Assembly: GCA_014905635.1 (NCBI GenBank)
Contig: JABVCE010000003.1
Span: forward strand, 1,116,001-1,180,000
Source of the DNA: Scenedesmus sp. PABB004
Lineage: Eukaryota
Reading direction: 5' to 3'
DNA length: 64,000 bases
Shown: one piece after another, positions 34,690 to 46,913 of the stretch
Numbering within the stretch: position 1 is the first letter of the stretch
Layout of the letters: every line of letters begins with the position of its first letter
The notes under the pieces: generated by a model
What the model was told of the DNA's origin: nothing
What the model saw: only the letters and a program-made list of their open reading frames with translations
Databases searched by the model: none
Position numbers and translations under genes: made by a program

Positions 34690-36686
34690 TCACTCCCGCT
34701 TGCGCCACGCCGCCGGCAGCGCCGGCAGCGCCGGCAGTGGCGGCAGCGCGGCCGCGAGCGCGGCGCGCGCGCGCGCGCCCGCGGCCGCGAGCGCCAACTC
34801 GGCGCCGAACGGCGCGTCGGCGCCGGGCGCGTCAAAGTCCTCGGGCGCGTTGCTGCCCAGGAACGCGTAGACGGCGGCGCCGGTGGCGAGGAAGAAAATG
34901 GTAGGATAAAACAATGCGGCGGCCCACGAGCCGGTGGTGTCGTAGATCCAGCCCGTGACCGCGACGCCGAGGATGCCGGGCACCGCGCCGCTCGTGTTGG
35001 TGAGCCCGAGCAGCGCGCTCGCGTACTTGGGGCTCAGGTCCTGCGGCGGCGAGGGGCGCGGGGGCGGGCACGGCGGTGAAGGGGCAGCAGCCGTGCGCGG
35101 GGCGGCAGCCCTGGCAGCCCCGGCGGCGGGCGGGCCGGGCAGAGGGCGGCGCACCTGGTGCGTGCAGTACAGGCCCGCCAGGGAGAAGCTGCTGATGCCG
35201 AGCGCCGCCGTGATGAGCGCGACGGCGGCGCCGGGCTCGGAGCCCTGCTGCGCGCCCGCCGCGGCGAGGCACGCCGCGGGCACCAGGAAGGCGGTGCACT
35301 GCGCGAGCTTGCGCACCGCCGGCACGGGCACGCCGCGCCCGATGAGCGCGTCGGCCGCGGGCCCCGCGACCGCGCTCGCCGCGACGCCCGCGAGCGGCGG
35401 CAGCAGCGCCGTCTGCGCCGCGTGCATGAGGTCGACGCTCATGGTGTCGGTGAAGTAGGTCGGCAGCCAGGCCAGCATGGTGTAGTGGAACCAGTTATTG
35501 GCGAAATGGGTGAACATCAGCGCCCGCACGGCGCGGCTGCGCAGGAACGCCCGCCACGGGACGCGCCCCGCGAGCGGTCCCGCGGCGTGGCCGTGGCCGC
35601 CCGCGTCGGCGGCCGGCGCGGCGGCGCCGCCGAGCCGGTCCGCGGTGAGCGCGGCGGCGGCGTCGGGGTCGGCCGCCGCGATGCCGGCGACGAGCTGCTC
35701 GAACCAGAGCACCCACGCCGCGCCGGCGGCGCCAAAGGTGACAAACACGGCGGGCCAGCCGACGTGGGTGATGAGGTACGGCGCGGCGAGCAGGCCGAGG
35801 ATGGAGCCGACGTGCAGGCCGCCAAAGACAAAGCTCACCGCCGTGCTGCGCTCGCTCGCGGGCACGAGGCGCGCGACCATGTCGGTCGCCGCCGACGGCG
35901 CGACGGCCTCGCCGAGCCCGACCGCGGCGCGGCTCAGGCACAGCCCCGGCACCGTGCCCGCGAGCAGCGGCACCGCCGCGGTCGCGAGGCTCCACATCGC
36001 CACGCCCGCGGGCATGACGCGCCGGCCGCCGTGCGCGGACGTGAGGTAGCCGCCCGGGAGCTGGGAGATGATGTAGCCCCAGAAGAACGCCGACTGCACC
36101 AGCCCCGCCACGCTCGGCGACCAGCCAAAGTCCTGGGCCATGGGGATGATCGCGACGCTCATGTTGACCTTGTCCTGTGTTGCACACACGCGCGGGAGGA
36201 GGGGGCGGCGGGCGGTCAGCGGTGAGCGGGCGGCGCGGCACACGGGGGCCGCGCTCGGCGCGTGGCCGGGCGGGCCCAGGGCGGGCGGCGCCGCACCATG
36301 TTGCAGATGACGAACGAGAGCGCGCCGGCGAGCACGACCTTGTGCCGCGACGGCAGCGCGTCCCACCACGCCTGCAGCGGCGCGAGCGGCGCCGCCAGCT
36401 GCTGCGCCCAGGGCTGCTGCGGCGCCGCCGCCGGGTCCTGCTGCGGGAGCTGCTCCTGCACCTGCCCTGCTGTCCTCGACGGCAGGCGCAGGCTCAGCGC
36501 GCGCCGCGGCGGCGCGAGGGGCAGGCCCTCCGCCTTGAAGCGCCGCGCCGGCGCCTCCTCACGGTGCGTGCGCGCCACGGCCGCCACGCGCCCGGCGCTG
36601 CAGCGCCCGCGGCGCATGGCGGACCGAGGCGCTGCCCCGGAAGCGGCGGGCCGCGCCCCGCCGGCGCTGCGCGCCAGCGCCGCCAT
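34690..36686 (-). CDS. PHT4: PHT4/ANTR-type MFS anion (phosphate/ascorbate) transporter, plastid, 3 exons
   Basis: Transit peptide; SFVICNM|DKVNMSVAIIPM...GLVQSAFFWGY..SQLPGG, GLGEAVAP, NNWFHYTMLAWLPTYF, GLYCTHQ|DLSPKYASALLGLTNTSGAVPGILGVAVTG. Confidence 0.92.
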
Positions 36687-37499
36687 GCTGGCCGTCCTGA
36701 AGCGGCCCGAGCGTCGCCAGGGCAGCACGCGAGCGCCGAGTCGCGTGTGCAGAGCTGCTGCTGCCGTCCGACAGGCCGCGCGTCCGGGGGCCGCGGCGCC
36801 GCGACGCCTGCGTCGGCACGGGCGAGCGTTGCAAGGAACCGGGCGGCGTGTCGAGGGCGGGGCTGCGCGGGGCTGCGTCCGCTGTCGGCTGGTACAGGCG
36901 TGTGCGTTTGAGCGTCCTGGGGCGTGCAGGTTGGGGCAGGAGCGGTGCTGAGCATGTGAGAGAGCGCGCGGAGGGGCGCGGGCCTTGGGCTGCTCGGCAG
37001 CTGCATGAGCAAAAGCCCGTTGTCAGACGGGCCCGCCGCGGCCGGGAGGCCTCGCCCGGCCGCGCCCGACCGGGAGAGGGCCGTGTGGCGATCTCCTGGT
37101 GTCCGTGAGCGCTCCGCGGCGGCCCCTTCGGCCCTGCTGGCGCGGGCGGGTCGAGTGAGAGTCATTGGCGGCCGGCGCGCGCTCTGGCCGCGTGGACCGC
37201 GCCATGAGCGTGAAAATGAGTCACTTAGACGCATGCGCGCGCCTGCGCGGCGCCCCGGCCACACGGGCGCCGCGGCCGCAACCGCCGGCGCGCGCGGCGC
37301 TCCCGCGCCGCGGCGGCGGCCCGGCGCACCTGCTGCGGCTTCTGGAGAGGTGGCTGGTGGCCGGGTCCAGCTCACGGGCGTGGCGGCGCGGCGCGACGCG
37401 CGCGCGGTGTGCAGGCGCACGCGCGGCGCAGCGTCGGACCGGCGGCTGTCCCCCCCCCCAGCCTCCGGGAGCGGCCGCCCCGGTCGGCACACGCCGGTT

Positions 37500-39186
37500 T
37501 CACGGCTTGCCCGCCGCGCCCGCCGCCGGCAGCAGCTCGCCCGCCGGCGCCTCGGCGCCGCGCAGCAGCGCGTCCTGCCGCAGGCACGCCTGCGCGACGC
37601 CGGCGAGCTTGTTCAGCACGCGGCTCGCGCCGTAGCTAAACGTGAAAAAGTGCACGCTGTCGGTCGGCCAGAACCGCTCCCTGTCGGACCCGCCGCCGCC
37701 CGCGTGCACGCGGCGGTGCAGGCGCGTGCGGATCTCCAGCCAGTCCCGGCGCAGCCGCACGCGCGCCGCCTCGAGCGCGGCGAGGCGCGCGAGCAGCTCG
37801 CGCTCCGCCGCGGCGCCCGCGCGCGCGTCGGCGGGCGGCGGCGCGCACCCGCCGCGCCGCGCCGCGCGGGGCATGTCGCGCAGTGCCGCCTCGGTCGACG
37901 CGGCGAGGCCGCGCACCGCGGCGAGCACGTCGAGCCAGGCCGGCTGCAGCGGCTCGGACCACACGCTCGCGCAGTGCGCGCTGATGCGCAGCAGCCCGTC
38001 GCCGCCGCTCGCGCCGGCGCCGCCGGCGCCGCCGGCCGTGAACGGCGCGAGCGCGAGGCGCTGGCTCGCGAGCGCCTCCACGAGCTCCGTGAGCGCGCCC
38101 AGCACGTCCAGCACGACCTGGGGCGTGCTGAGCACGCCACGCCAGGCCACGCTCTCGGTCGCGAGCGAGAGCTGCACCTCGACGATCACGCGCAGCACGT
38201 CCTGGCGCAGCGACACGTGCAGCCCCGCCTCGGCTGCCTCGAGCGCCGCGAGCTCCGCCGCCGCGGCCGCCGCCGCGTCGGCGCCGGCGCCGGCGCCGGC
38301 GCCGCTGCCTCCGCCGCCGTCCGCGGCGAGCGCGCCCGCCGCGACCGCGGCGGCGCGCATGCGGCGCGTCTGGCTGGTGTGGATCGCCTCAAACAGGCCC
38401 GCCGCCGTCGCGAGCGCGCCCGCCATCTGCTCCAGCGCGTAGGACGAGGTGTACCAGGGCAACACCGCCTGGTTGACGACGGCGACGTACACGCACGCCG
38501 CGACGACCTGCGGCGCCCGCGGCGGGCTCGGCGGGGTGGGAGCACGCGCGGGGCGCGTGCCTGCAGCTGCGCGGCCGCGCCACGGCACTAGACCTAAACC
38601 GCACTAGACCTAAACCGCACCGAGCCGAGGCGCGTGAGAAACATGTCTATCGCCCCGAGGTGAGGCCCCGGGGTGCAGCACGCGAGCTCAAAGCCGCACG
38701 CGGTGATGGCCAGCAGCGTGATGAGCGCGAGCGCCACGCCCACGCGCGCCTGCGCGTTGGCCGCCGCGCCCGCGCTCGCCGCGGCGCTCGCGAGCCCGAG
38801 GCAGGCCAGCAGCAGCGGCGGCGAGCCGAAGATGCCTGGTATGCTGTTCAGCGCCAGCCCCAGCGCGCCGCCGACGACCGTGCCCAGCACGCGGCCCACC
38901 ACCTGCGCGCGTGCGCGCGGCCGCCGCGTCGTCGGCGGCTGGCCGGCGGCGCAGAGTGCGTGCGCGAAGCGCGCGCAGCGCGCGCGCCTTGTCGGCGGTC
39001 GCCTCGACGCGCGGCTGCATGGAGATGCACGCCGTGGTGAAGCCGAAGATCGGCGCAGCGCTGCGGATGCGCGGCATGTAGGCGAGCAGCACGAGCGTGG
39101 CGAGCATGGTGCTGCCGGCGACGAGGTACAACTTCAGCCCCGCCTGCACGTGCCGCGAGCGCAGCAGCGCGCCGCGCCCTGCGGCA

Positions 39187-39271
<85 letters not shown>

Positions 39272-42200
39272 GAATGCGCCGTTCTGCAGCGGCAGCGCGC
39301 GGCGCCGGCGGCAGCTGCCGCAGCCGGGCCGGACCGGCGCGACCGCCTGCGCACCCTGCTTGCTCGCGAGCGCCGCGGGCAGGTCGACCAGCAGCGCCTG
39401 CCGCACCGCCAGCAGGCCGGGCTGCACGAGCAGCAGCCGCGCCAGCGGCAGCAGCCACCGGGCCTGCGCGCTGCGCCAGGCACGCCAGCGCTCGCGCCAG
39501 CCGCCGCCGCCGCCGCGGCGCCGCCGCCCGCCCAGCAGCGCGAGCCAGCCGCGCGCGCCGGCGGGCGCGCCTGCGCCCGCGGGCGGTGCGACGCCGCCGC
39601 GGCCCGGCGCGGGCCCGCCGCCGACGCTGCGCAGCACGCGCTGCGCCGACGCCTCGATTCGCTCGAGCGCGTCCAGGATGCCGTTGGTCACCGGCCAGAC
39701 AAAGGTGAGCGTCATGACCTCGCGCGCGCGCGGCACCTTGACTGGGGCGCGGCGCGAGGCGCGGCGCACGGCGAGCCAGTACGCGCCCACCGCGCTCTCC
39801 ATTTCGCGCTGCAGCAGCAACCGCCCGGTCGCCCAGCCGGTCTTCTTCTCAAAAATGTACGAGCTGCTCACGCCCGAGGCCTGGCGCTCCATCCGGTCGA
39901 CCCTGGCCCCGCTGAGCGCCCCGCTCAGCGCCGCCGAGATGGTGCGGCCCGCGCCCGCTGCGCCGCCGTCGAGGCTGCCGCGCCACGGCGGGCACGGCGG
40001 CGCGGCGGCGGCCGCCGCAAAGGGCGACGGCCGCTGACATCCACCGCCGCTGCCGCCGCCGCCGCGGCCGCTGCCGCTGCCGGCGGGTGCGAGCTCGAGC
40101 GGCCGCCGCGCCCGGCCGTCGCCGCCGCCCGCTGGCCGCGGGCGCGGCGCGCACAGCCCGCGCAGCCAGGCGGGCAGCCAGCTGCGCGGCACGGCGCGGC
40201 GCGCCTGGAGGCGCTCGAGCGTGCGCGACACGTGGGCGAGGAAGGCGGCGAGCTGCGCGAGTGTGAGGGACATGGCATCGTTGACCGAGCGGTAGGCCTC
40301 CAGGTGCGCGCCAGGCCCCTCCAGGCCCTGCAGCTGGCGCTCCTCGGACAGCGCCTCCAGCGTCGTGACGCTGCGGCGCCCGAGACGGCGGCGGCGGCGG
40401 CGTGTGAGACGGCAAGCGGCGCACAGCGGCGACCCAGGCGTGCGGGCCGGGGCCCGCACCGGACGACGAGCAGCTCCGCGTCCTCCAGAAGCGCGCCCCA
40501 CGCGTCCGCGTCAAAGCAGCCGAGGGCCGCGGGGCGCAGCCAGGGCGGCTCGACGCGCGCGGCGGGCAGCAGCGCCTTGGCGCGCGCGATGACGGGACCC
40601 AGCGCCGGCGCGGCGAGCGGCGGCGCCTGCGCGCGCGCGCCCGCCGCGGCGGCCGCGGCGGCCGCGGAGGCGGCTGCCAGCGCCGTCGCCTGCTGCTCGA
40701 GCAGCAGCCTGTGCGTTGGGAAGGCCTGCGCGACGCTGCTCGTCACTGACGCCGCCGGCGCGTGCGCGTGCACCGTGGCGTGCGCACCGGCCTCGGCGTG
40801 CTCCGGGGAGCGCGGCGGGGAGCCGCTGTCGCGCGGGCCGGGGCGCGAGCCCAGGTCCTGCCAGCTCACGCTCGCACCGAGCTTCCGCCGGCGGCGCGCA
40901 GGCGGCTCCTCCTCCGTTGCCTGCTGCGGCGGCAGCGGGCCCGGCTGCTCCCGCCGCCCGCCGTGCCAGCTGCCGCCGAGGCTGCGCAGCCCGCGCAGCA
41001 GGCCGGCGCGCAGCGCGCCGCGGCTGCCGGCGCTGGCGCTGCCCTGCAAGCCGGCGCCCGCGCCCGAGCCGGCCGCCGAGAGCACCGACGGCGCCGACGG
41101 CGTGGGCCCGTGCGCCGACCCGAGCGCGGCGAGCGACGCGGAGGAGCCGTGCGGCCGGCTGCGGCTGAGGATGCGCATGGATTCCAGGAAGGCAGCGTCG
41201 GTCTGCTCGGCGGCAAACTCCAGCGACGCGCCGCGCACCATGTCCAGGCTCTCGCGCGGCCCCTGCCCGCCCGCGGCCGCGAGGTGCGCGGCCGCGCCGG
41301 GCGCGGCAAACAGGCCGTGCCACTCGTGCGCGTCTTCGAGCGGCTCCGCGAGGCTGGCCTGGCGGCTGCCCGGGTGCGCGAGCGCCGCCGCGGCCGCCCA
41401 GGCCGCGGTGATGTCGGGCGGCCCCGGCTGCGTGGTGGAGAGGTGCTGCCGCAGCAGCTGCTCCTCCAGCCGGGGCTCGCCCGCCGACCCCGGCCCGCCG
41501 CCGCTGCGCGCGCTGGGCGCGCTCTGCAGCGACGCGCCGCTGCCGATGCTGCCGCCGCCGATGCTGCCGCTGCCGATGCTTCCGCTGCTGCTGCCGCTGC
41601 TGCCTGCGTTTGCCTCCGCCTCGTCGACCCAGTCCAGCGTGGCGTGATGCTCGAGGCTGCTGCGCGGCGCGCCGCCGCGCACGTCGAGCGCAACGTGGCC
41701 GCCCGCCTGTGGCGCAGCCGGGGCCGCGGCCGCGGCGGCCGCGCCGGGCGGCGCCAGCGCCGGCTCCATGAGGGCCGAGGTGTGGAAGCTGATGATGGCG
41801 CCGGCGCCGCGCAGCGCCTCGGCAGTCAGTGCGATCACCTGCGGCCGCGCGCGGCGCCGTCAGCCGTCAGCCGTCAGCCGCGCCGCCGCGGCCGGCGCAG
41901 GCGGGGCGGGGCGGGGCGGGGCGGGGCGGGGGCGGCCCGCGCGCGCACACGCGCCTCGTCGCTGGCGAGCGAGGGCGCGACGAGCAGGCCCGCCGCGACG
42001 CCCGCCGCCGCGGCGACGACGAGCGCGAGCATGACTGCGCCCACGGCGCCGCGCCAGAGCGCGGGTATGGTTGGATAGACCATGCCCAGCAGGACCACGA
42101 TGCCAAACATCACCGCCGCGAGCACCGCCAGCAGGCGGGCGGGGCCCGGCGGCGCCGCGGCGCGCGCGAGCACGGGGAGCGCGAGCCCCGCGAGCGAGAG

Positions 42201-42716
42201 CACGCTCGCCGCGGCGACGACGCCCGGCTCCGACGGCGCGAGCTTGGCGAGCGAGAGGAGCCCGCCGGCGAGCATGATGCCGAGCCAGGCGGGCCCCACA
42301 AGCATGGAGGTCACCATCAGGCGCGTACCGACGTGCTGGTCCTGCGCGAGGCTGGTCATGGCAATCACCGCAAACACCGGCGCCAGGCACGCGTGCGCGA
42401 AGTGGAGCGGCCTGCGGCGTGTTGCCGCGGCGGTGGCGGCGGCGGCGGCGGCCAGTCCGGCTGCAGCGCGGCGGGCGGCCGGCGGCAGCCGGCGCGCGGC
42501 TGCAGTGCAGCGCGGCGGGCGGCCGGCGGCGGCCGGCGCGCGGCTGCAGCGCGGCGGCGCGCGGGCCGGCGGATGCGCTCACTTGGCGACGGTGAACACG
42601 GACGTCGCCACCACCACCGTCGTGACCTGTGCCACGAGCTGCGCCTGCCGCGAGAGCAGCCACACGCGCGCCCGCTCCAGCGCCCGCTGCCACGCCGTGC
42701 GGCGCCGCCGCTCCAT
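37500..42716 (-). CDS. Large membrane protein of the FUSC/ArAE/ALMT superfamily, about 7 exons
   Basis: Two hydrophobic TM bundles separated by a long cytosolic loop. The second bundle has FGFTTACISMQPRVEATADK|VVGRVLGTVVGGALGL (FUSC-2/ALMT-like RxxGTxxG) and VVNQAVLPWYTS. Confidence 0.72.
39189..39268. repeat. (CGG)n microsatellite, about 26 units, intronic
   Basis: Uninterrupted GGC run within an intron of the FUSC/ALMT-like gene. Confidence 0.9.
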
Positions 42717-43350
42717 CGCCGCCGCCCCCCGCCCCGCTCCCGTCGCTCCCGTGATCGCGCGGCTGCGGCCCCTGCGCTTGCGCCTGGGCGAGCTGCGCCG
42801 GCGCGGCGCCAGCAGCTGCGACGGCTCTCACGCTGCTGCCGCCGTCGTGCGCACTGCCCGCGAGGCGCGCTCACGACGCCGGCATGGCGCGGCCGGGACT
42901 GTGCGCGTGTCAAGAGCGGCGGCGGGGCTGGGGGGGGGTGCGCTGCGCATTACCGTCGTCACTCTCTCGCGCAATTGCAACGCCGTGGCTGACACCCAGA
43001 CACGGCGGCATGCGCCGCCGCCGCCGCCAAGAGATCCGCGCCGCCACTCGCCAGCACGCACGCGCCAGCACGCCGCGGCCGCTTATTCTCTCGGCCGCTC
43101 AGTGCAGGACGAACAAAGAACGACATCCCTGCAGCCGCGCGCTCGCGCGACGGCACGGCCGCCGCATGCGCAGCGGCCTGCGGGGCGAGGCGTCCGCTCC
43201 AGCACGCCGCGCGCGCGCGCCACACATGCTGGCGCCACTCCTGCCGCTCCAGAGAGGTTGGCTGCCCCCGGCAGCCAAGCCAAGGCGCTCGCTTGGTCGC
43301 TCCCCGCTTCCCGGCCTAGGAGCGTGGACACGCGTCCACGCCCGCGCGCG

Positions 43351-44621
43351 TCAGTTGCCGCCGCCGGCGCCGCCGCCGTTGGCGCGGCCGTTGCCGCCGC
43401 CGCCGGCGCCGCCGTGCGTGGCGCCGCCGCTCGCGCCGGCGTCGCCGTCCAGCAGGCCGGCCGACGCGGCGGGGTCGGTGATGCTGATTATGGTCAGGTC
43501 CCCCGCGCCCTCCAGCGGCCGCCGCAGCGCCAGGCCCGCCTCGTTCAGCCCGGGCGACAGCACCTGCACGTGCGCGTGCGCGGGCGGGCGCGCCGCGGCG
43601 GTCAGCGGGCGCGGCGGGTGCGGCGGGCGCAGCACGCAGGGGCGCGTGCGGCGGGGGGTGCGCGTGCGCCGCGGGGTGCGCGTGCGGCGCACCTTGACCA
43701 TGCTGACAGGGACGTACGCCTCGGGCCCGTCCCACGGGAGCAGCACGTCGCCGCCGCCGCCGCCGCGCGCCGGCGCGGCGCGGCGCGGCGGGGGCGACTC
43801 GAATTCCACCGCGAGCGGGAGGCGCATGATGTCAAGGGTGTCCAGCACGTTGCCGCTGCCCCACGACGCCGCGCTGCGCGTGCCGCGGCTCAGCGGCCGC
43901 CCTGCGCGCGGAGCGGGGGCGGGGGCGGCGCGCCCGCGGCACGCGCGTCGGCGCGGGGGCGCCCCGCCCCGCGCGGGCGCAGTCCCAAGCGAGCGCCAGC
44001 GGCGCCCGCGCGCGGCTGCCCCGCGGGGCCTGCGCCGCGCACCGACGAGCGCGCAGACGGCGCCGATCGCTGCGCTGATGGTGGCGGAGACGGCGTAGAA
44101 ACCCAGGCAGACGGCGACGATGGTAAACATAGAGTCGTGCGTGCGGGCCACGCCCCCAGTCACCGTCGCCTGCGGCGCGACCACGAGCGCCTCGCGCTGC
44201 TGCTGGACCTGCTGCTGCGTCGCCGCCACCGGCGCCGACCTGCCCAGGACGCCCGCCGTCACGGGCGCGGGGCGGGCCAGCAGCTGCGGCGCGGCGAGCG
44301 CGGGCGTGCGGGCAGCAGCGCGTCGGAGGTTGGCGGCCGCGCTGCTGCCGGCGGGCGCCGCTGCCCGCCACCGCCGCCGCGGGCGCACCACCCCGCACGC
44401 ACCCAGCAGCCAGCAAGCGCCGCCACGGCCGCCGCCTGCGCACAGCCGCGCAGCAGAGGCGCCGCTCCGCGCTGCTGCCGCTCCGCTGCTGCCGCTGCCG
44501 CCGCCGCGCAGCAACAGCGGCTGAGCAGCAGCTCCTGCGGGCACCGCGCTCCTGCGGGTCGCCGGCGCCCGATCGCGGCGCCGAGAGCGCGCTGGCTGCG
44601 CGCCCCCGCGCACAGCGCCAT
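43351..44621 (-). CDS. Hypothetical single-TM protein, possibly plastid-targeted, about 4 exons
   Basis: ATG 44621 with an Arg/Ala-rich leader, GT-AG introns, hydrophobic MFTIVAVCLGFYAVSATISAAIGAVCALV and coding-like exons (NVLDTLDIMRLPLAVEF, LLPWDGPEAYVPVSMVK). No family recognised. Confidence 0.5.
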
Positions 44622-44948
44622 CGCGCCCTCGGCCGGCGCCTGCGGGCCTGCCGCGCCTTCCGGGTGTGGCGCCTGTGCGAGCGATCGGCGCTGGTCGGGG
44701 TCGGCGCGTCGGGCGCGAGGCGGGCTGCACCGCGCTCGCGGTCTGGGGCAAATAACCACGCCGCGCGAGCGGCAGCGGCCGCGCCTGCTGGCGGCACCAC
44801 TCGCCCGGCACCCGCACACACACTCGCCACGCTCTCCACCGCAGCGTGCGCGTGATCACGGCACCTGCTGCCCGGGAGCAGCAGCAGCAGCAGCAGCAGC
44901 GTCAGCAGCAGCGCAGGCCTCCCGGCCAGGGGCGCGGGTCCCGCGGGG

Positions 44949-46701
44949 ATGCAGGTCCCGCGGGAGGGCCTGGAGCTCAAGCTCCAGCGCCTGAGCCAGA
45001 GCCAGCAGTCCATCGAGAGCGTGTCGAGCTTCTGCTGCTTCTACATCAAGGACGCGTGCGGCGTCGTCGCTGTGTGGGACGCCGAGTTCTACAAGGCCCC
45101 CGCCGACCGCAAGCTGGCGCTGCTCTACCTCGCCAACCACGTGCTGCAGGCGCGCGCGAAAGGGGGGATGGGGGCAGCAGCGGCTGCCGCAGCCGGCGGC
45201 GACAGCAGCGGTCGCCAGCGGCTGCCGCGGCCGGCGGCTGCCGCGGTCGGCGGCCGAGGGCTCACGCCGCCGCCCGCGGCTCCCTCCTCGCAGGAGGCGC
45301 GCAAGAAGGGCAGCGCGTTCCAGGAGGAGTTCTTCCGGGTGCTGCCTAAGGCGGCCGCGGCGATCGCGGGCGGCGGCGACGACAAGGCGCGCAAGGCCGT
45401 GCTCCGGCTCGTCGCGGTCTGGGAGGAGCGCCGCGTGTTTGGCGGCCGCCAGATCCGGGCGTTCAAGGAGGCGCTCGGCCTCCCCGCCGGCGGCGGCGGC
45501 AGCGGTGGGGGCAGCGGCGGCAGCGGCGGCGGGGACCGCGCGGCCAAGCCCGGCGGCGGCGCGGCCAAGCTCGGCCCCGCCGGCGACGCGCTGGCGGCGG
45601 TGCTGGCCAAGGCCGCGGCCGCGACGGCGCGGGGGAGCGAGTTTGCCGGCAGCTGGTCGCAGGTGCGGTGGGCGCCGCATGCCGTGGCGGCGGCGGCGGC
45701 GGCGGGGCCTGCAGCGGGTCGCCCACATCGCCGTCGCCGCCGCTGCCGCTGCCGCTGCCGCAGGGCCTGCTGACCAGCGCCGGCATTCCCGAGGTCACGA
45801 GCGCGCACAGCAAGCTGCAGGCCTACAGCGTCGCCCTGCAGGAGGAGCTGGCCGCGCGGCGCGCGGCGCAGGACGCGCTGCAGGCGGAGCTGGCGAAGCA
45901 GGTGCGGCCGCGCGGCCGGGCTGTGGGCCGCCCGCACGCCGGTGTGCGCATGGCAGCGGCGGCGCAGCGCAGCGCAGCGCGCGGCTCACCCCGCCGCGCT
46001 TGCCGCGCGCCGCGCAGACGGCCGAGGCCGCGCGCGTGGAGTCCCAGCTGGCGGCGGCGGCCGGCCAGAAGCAGCAGCTGGACGCGCGGTTGAGCGTGCT
46101 CACCACGCAGGCCATGGCGAGCCTGGGGCACATGTTCCAGCAGCAGCAGCAGCAGCAGAACGGCGGCGCGGCAGCAGCGGCGCCGCCCGCCGTGCCCGCG
46201 CCTGCAGCTGCTGGCGCGGAGGCCGGCGGCAGCCCCCAGGCGCCGGCGCTGGAGGACGACGACGAAGCCCCAAGTGAGCCGCGGCTGCGGGCGGGGCGGC
46301 TGCAGCAGCTGCCGCGCGCGCCCGCGCCGCGCCGTCGCTCGCCCGCCGGGCGCAGCGCTCACGCGGCGCGCCCGCCGCCCGCGCCGCCGCGCGCAGCGCC
46401 CGCCGACGGCGGCGCGCAGCTGGCGCAGCAGCCCGCGGACCTGCAGGCCCTGCTGGCCAACCCCGCGCTGCTGCAGGCGATCGCGGGCGGCGCGGCCGCG
46501 GCGCTGACCGCGGCGCCGGCCGAGCAGGCGCCGGCGCAGCTGCAGGTCGGCGCGGACGGGCTGCTTGGCTTTCCGCCGGCGGGCGGCTTTGGCGCCGACG
46601 CGTTCCTGCAGCAGCCGGGCGGCTTTGGCGGCGGGCTCGTGGGGCAGCACTCGGGCTTTGCTGACGAGGCCGACGACCCGTACAACCCGGAGCACGACTG
46701 A
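44949..46701 (+). CDS. CID-domain protein (RPRD1/Rtt103-like Pol II CTD-binding), about 5 exons
   Basis: LELKLQRLSQSQQSIESVSSFC...RKLALLYLANHVLQ|EARKKGSAFQEEF...VLRLVAVWEERRVF, then a coiled coil and C-terminal DDPYNPE. Confidence 0.88.
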
Positions 46702-46822
46702 CGGCGGCGGCGCGGCACACGCAGCAGCTTCGTGTGTGACCGTGGCTCGCACCCCGCCGGTCGCTGCACGCCCCCCGCGCGATCACCCCCCCCCCTCTTC
46801 CCGGGCTGGCCGGCACACACGC

Positions 46823-46913
46823 AGCGCCGCTCAGCGCGCCGCTCAGCGCGCCGCTCAGCGCCGCTCAGCGCGCCGCTCAGCGCGCCGCTCAGCGCGCCGC
46901 TCAGCGCCGCTCA
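46823..46913. repeat. 10-12 bp tandem repeat (GCGCGCCGCTCA), about 8 units, overlapping the ABCG stop codon
   Basis: Repeated CCGCTCAGCG(CG) between the convergent CID and ABCG genes; each unit reads TGA on the minus strand. Confidence 0.85.

Noticed and set aside
42082..44994. 970-aa + strand ORF and many other long Ala/Arg/Gly/Pro-rich six-frame ORFs
   Set aside because: Stop codons are rare at this GC content. These ORFs overlap credible spliced genes on the other strand or frame and show no protein motifs.
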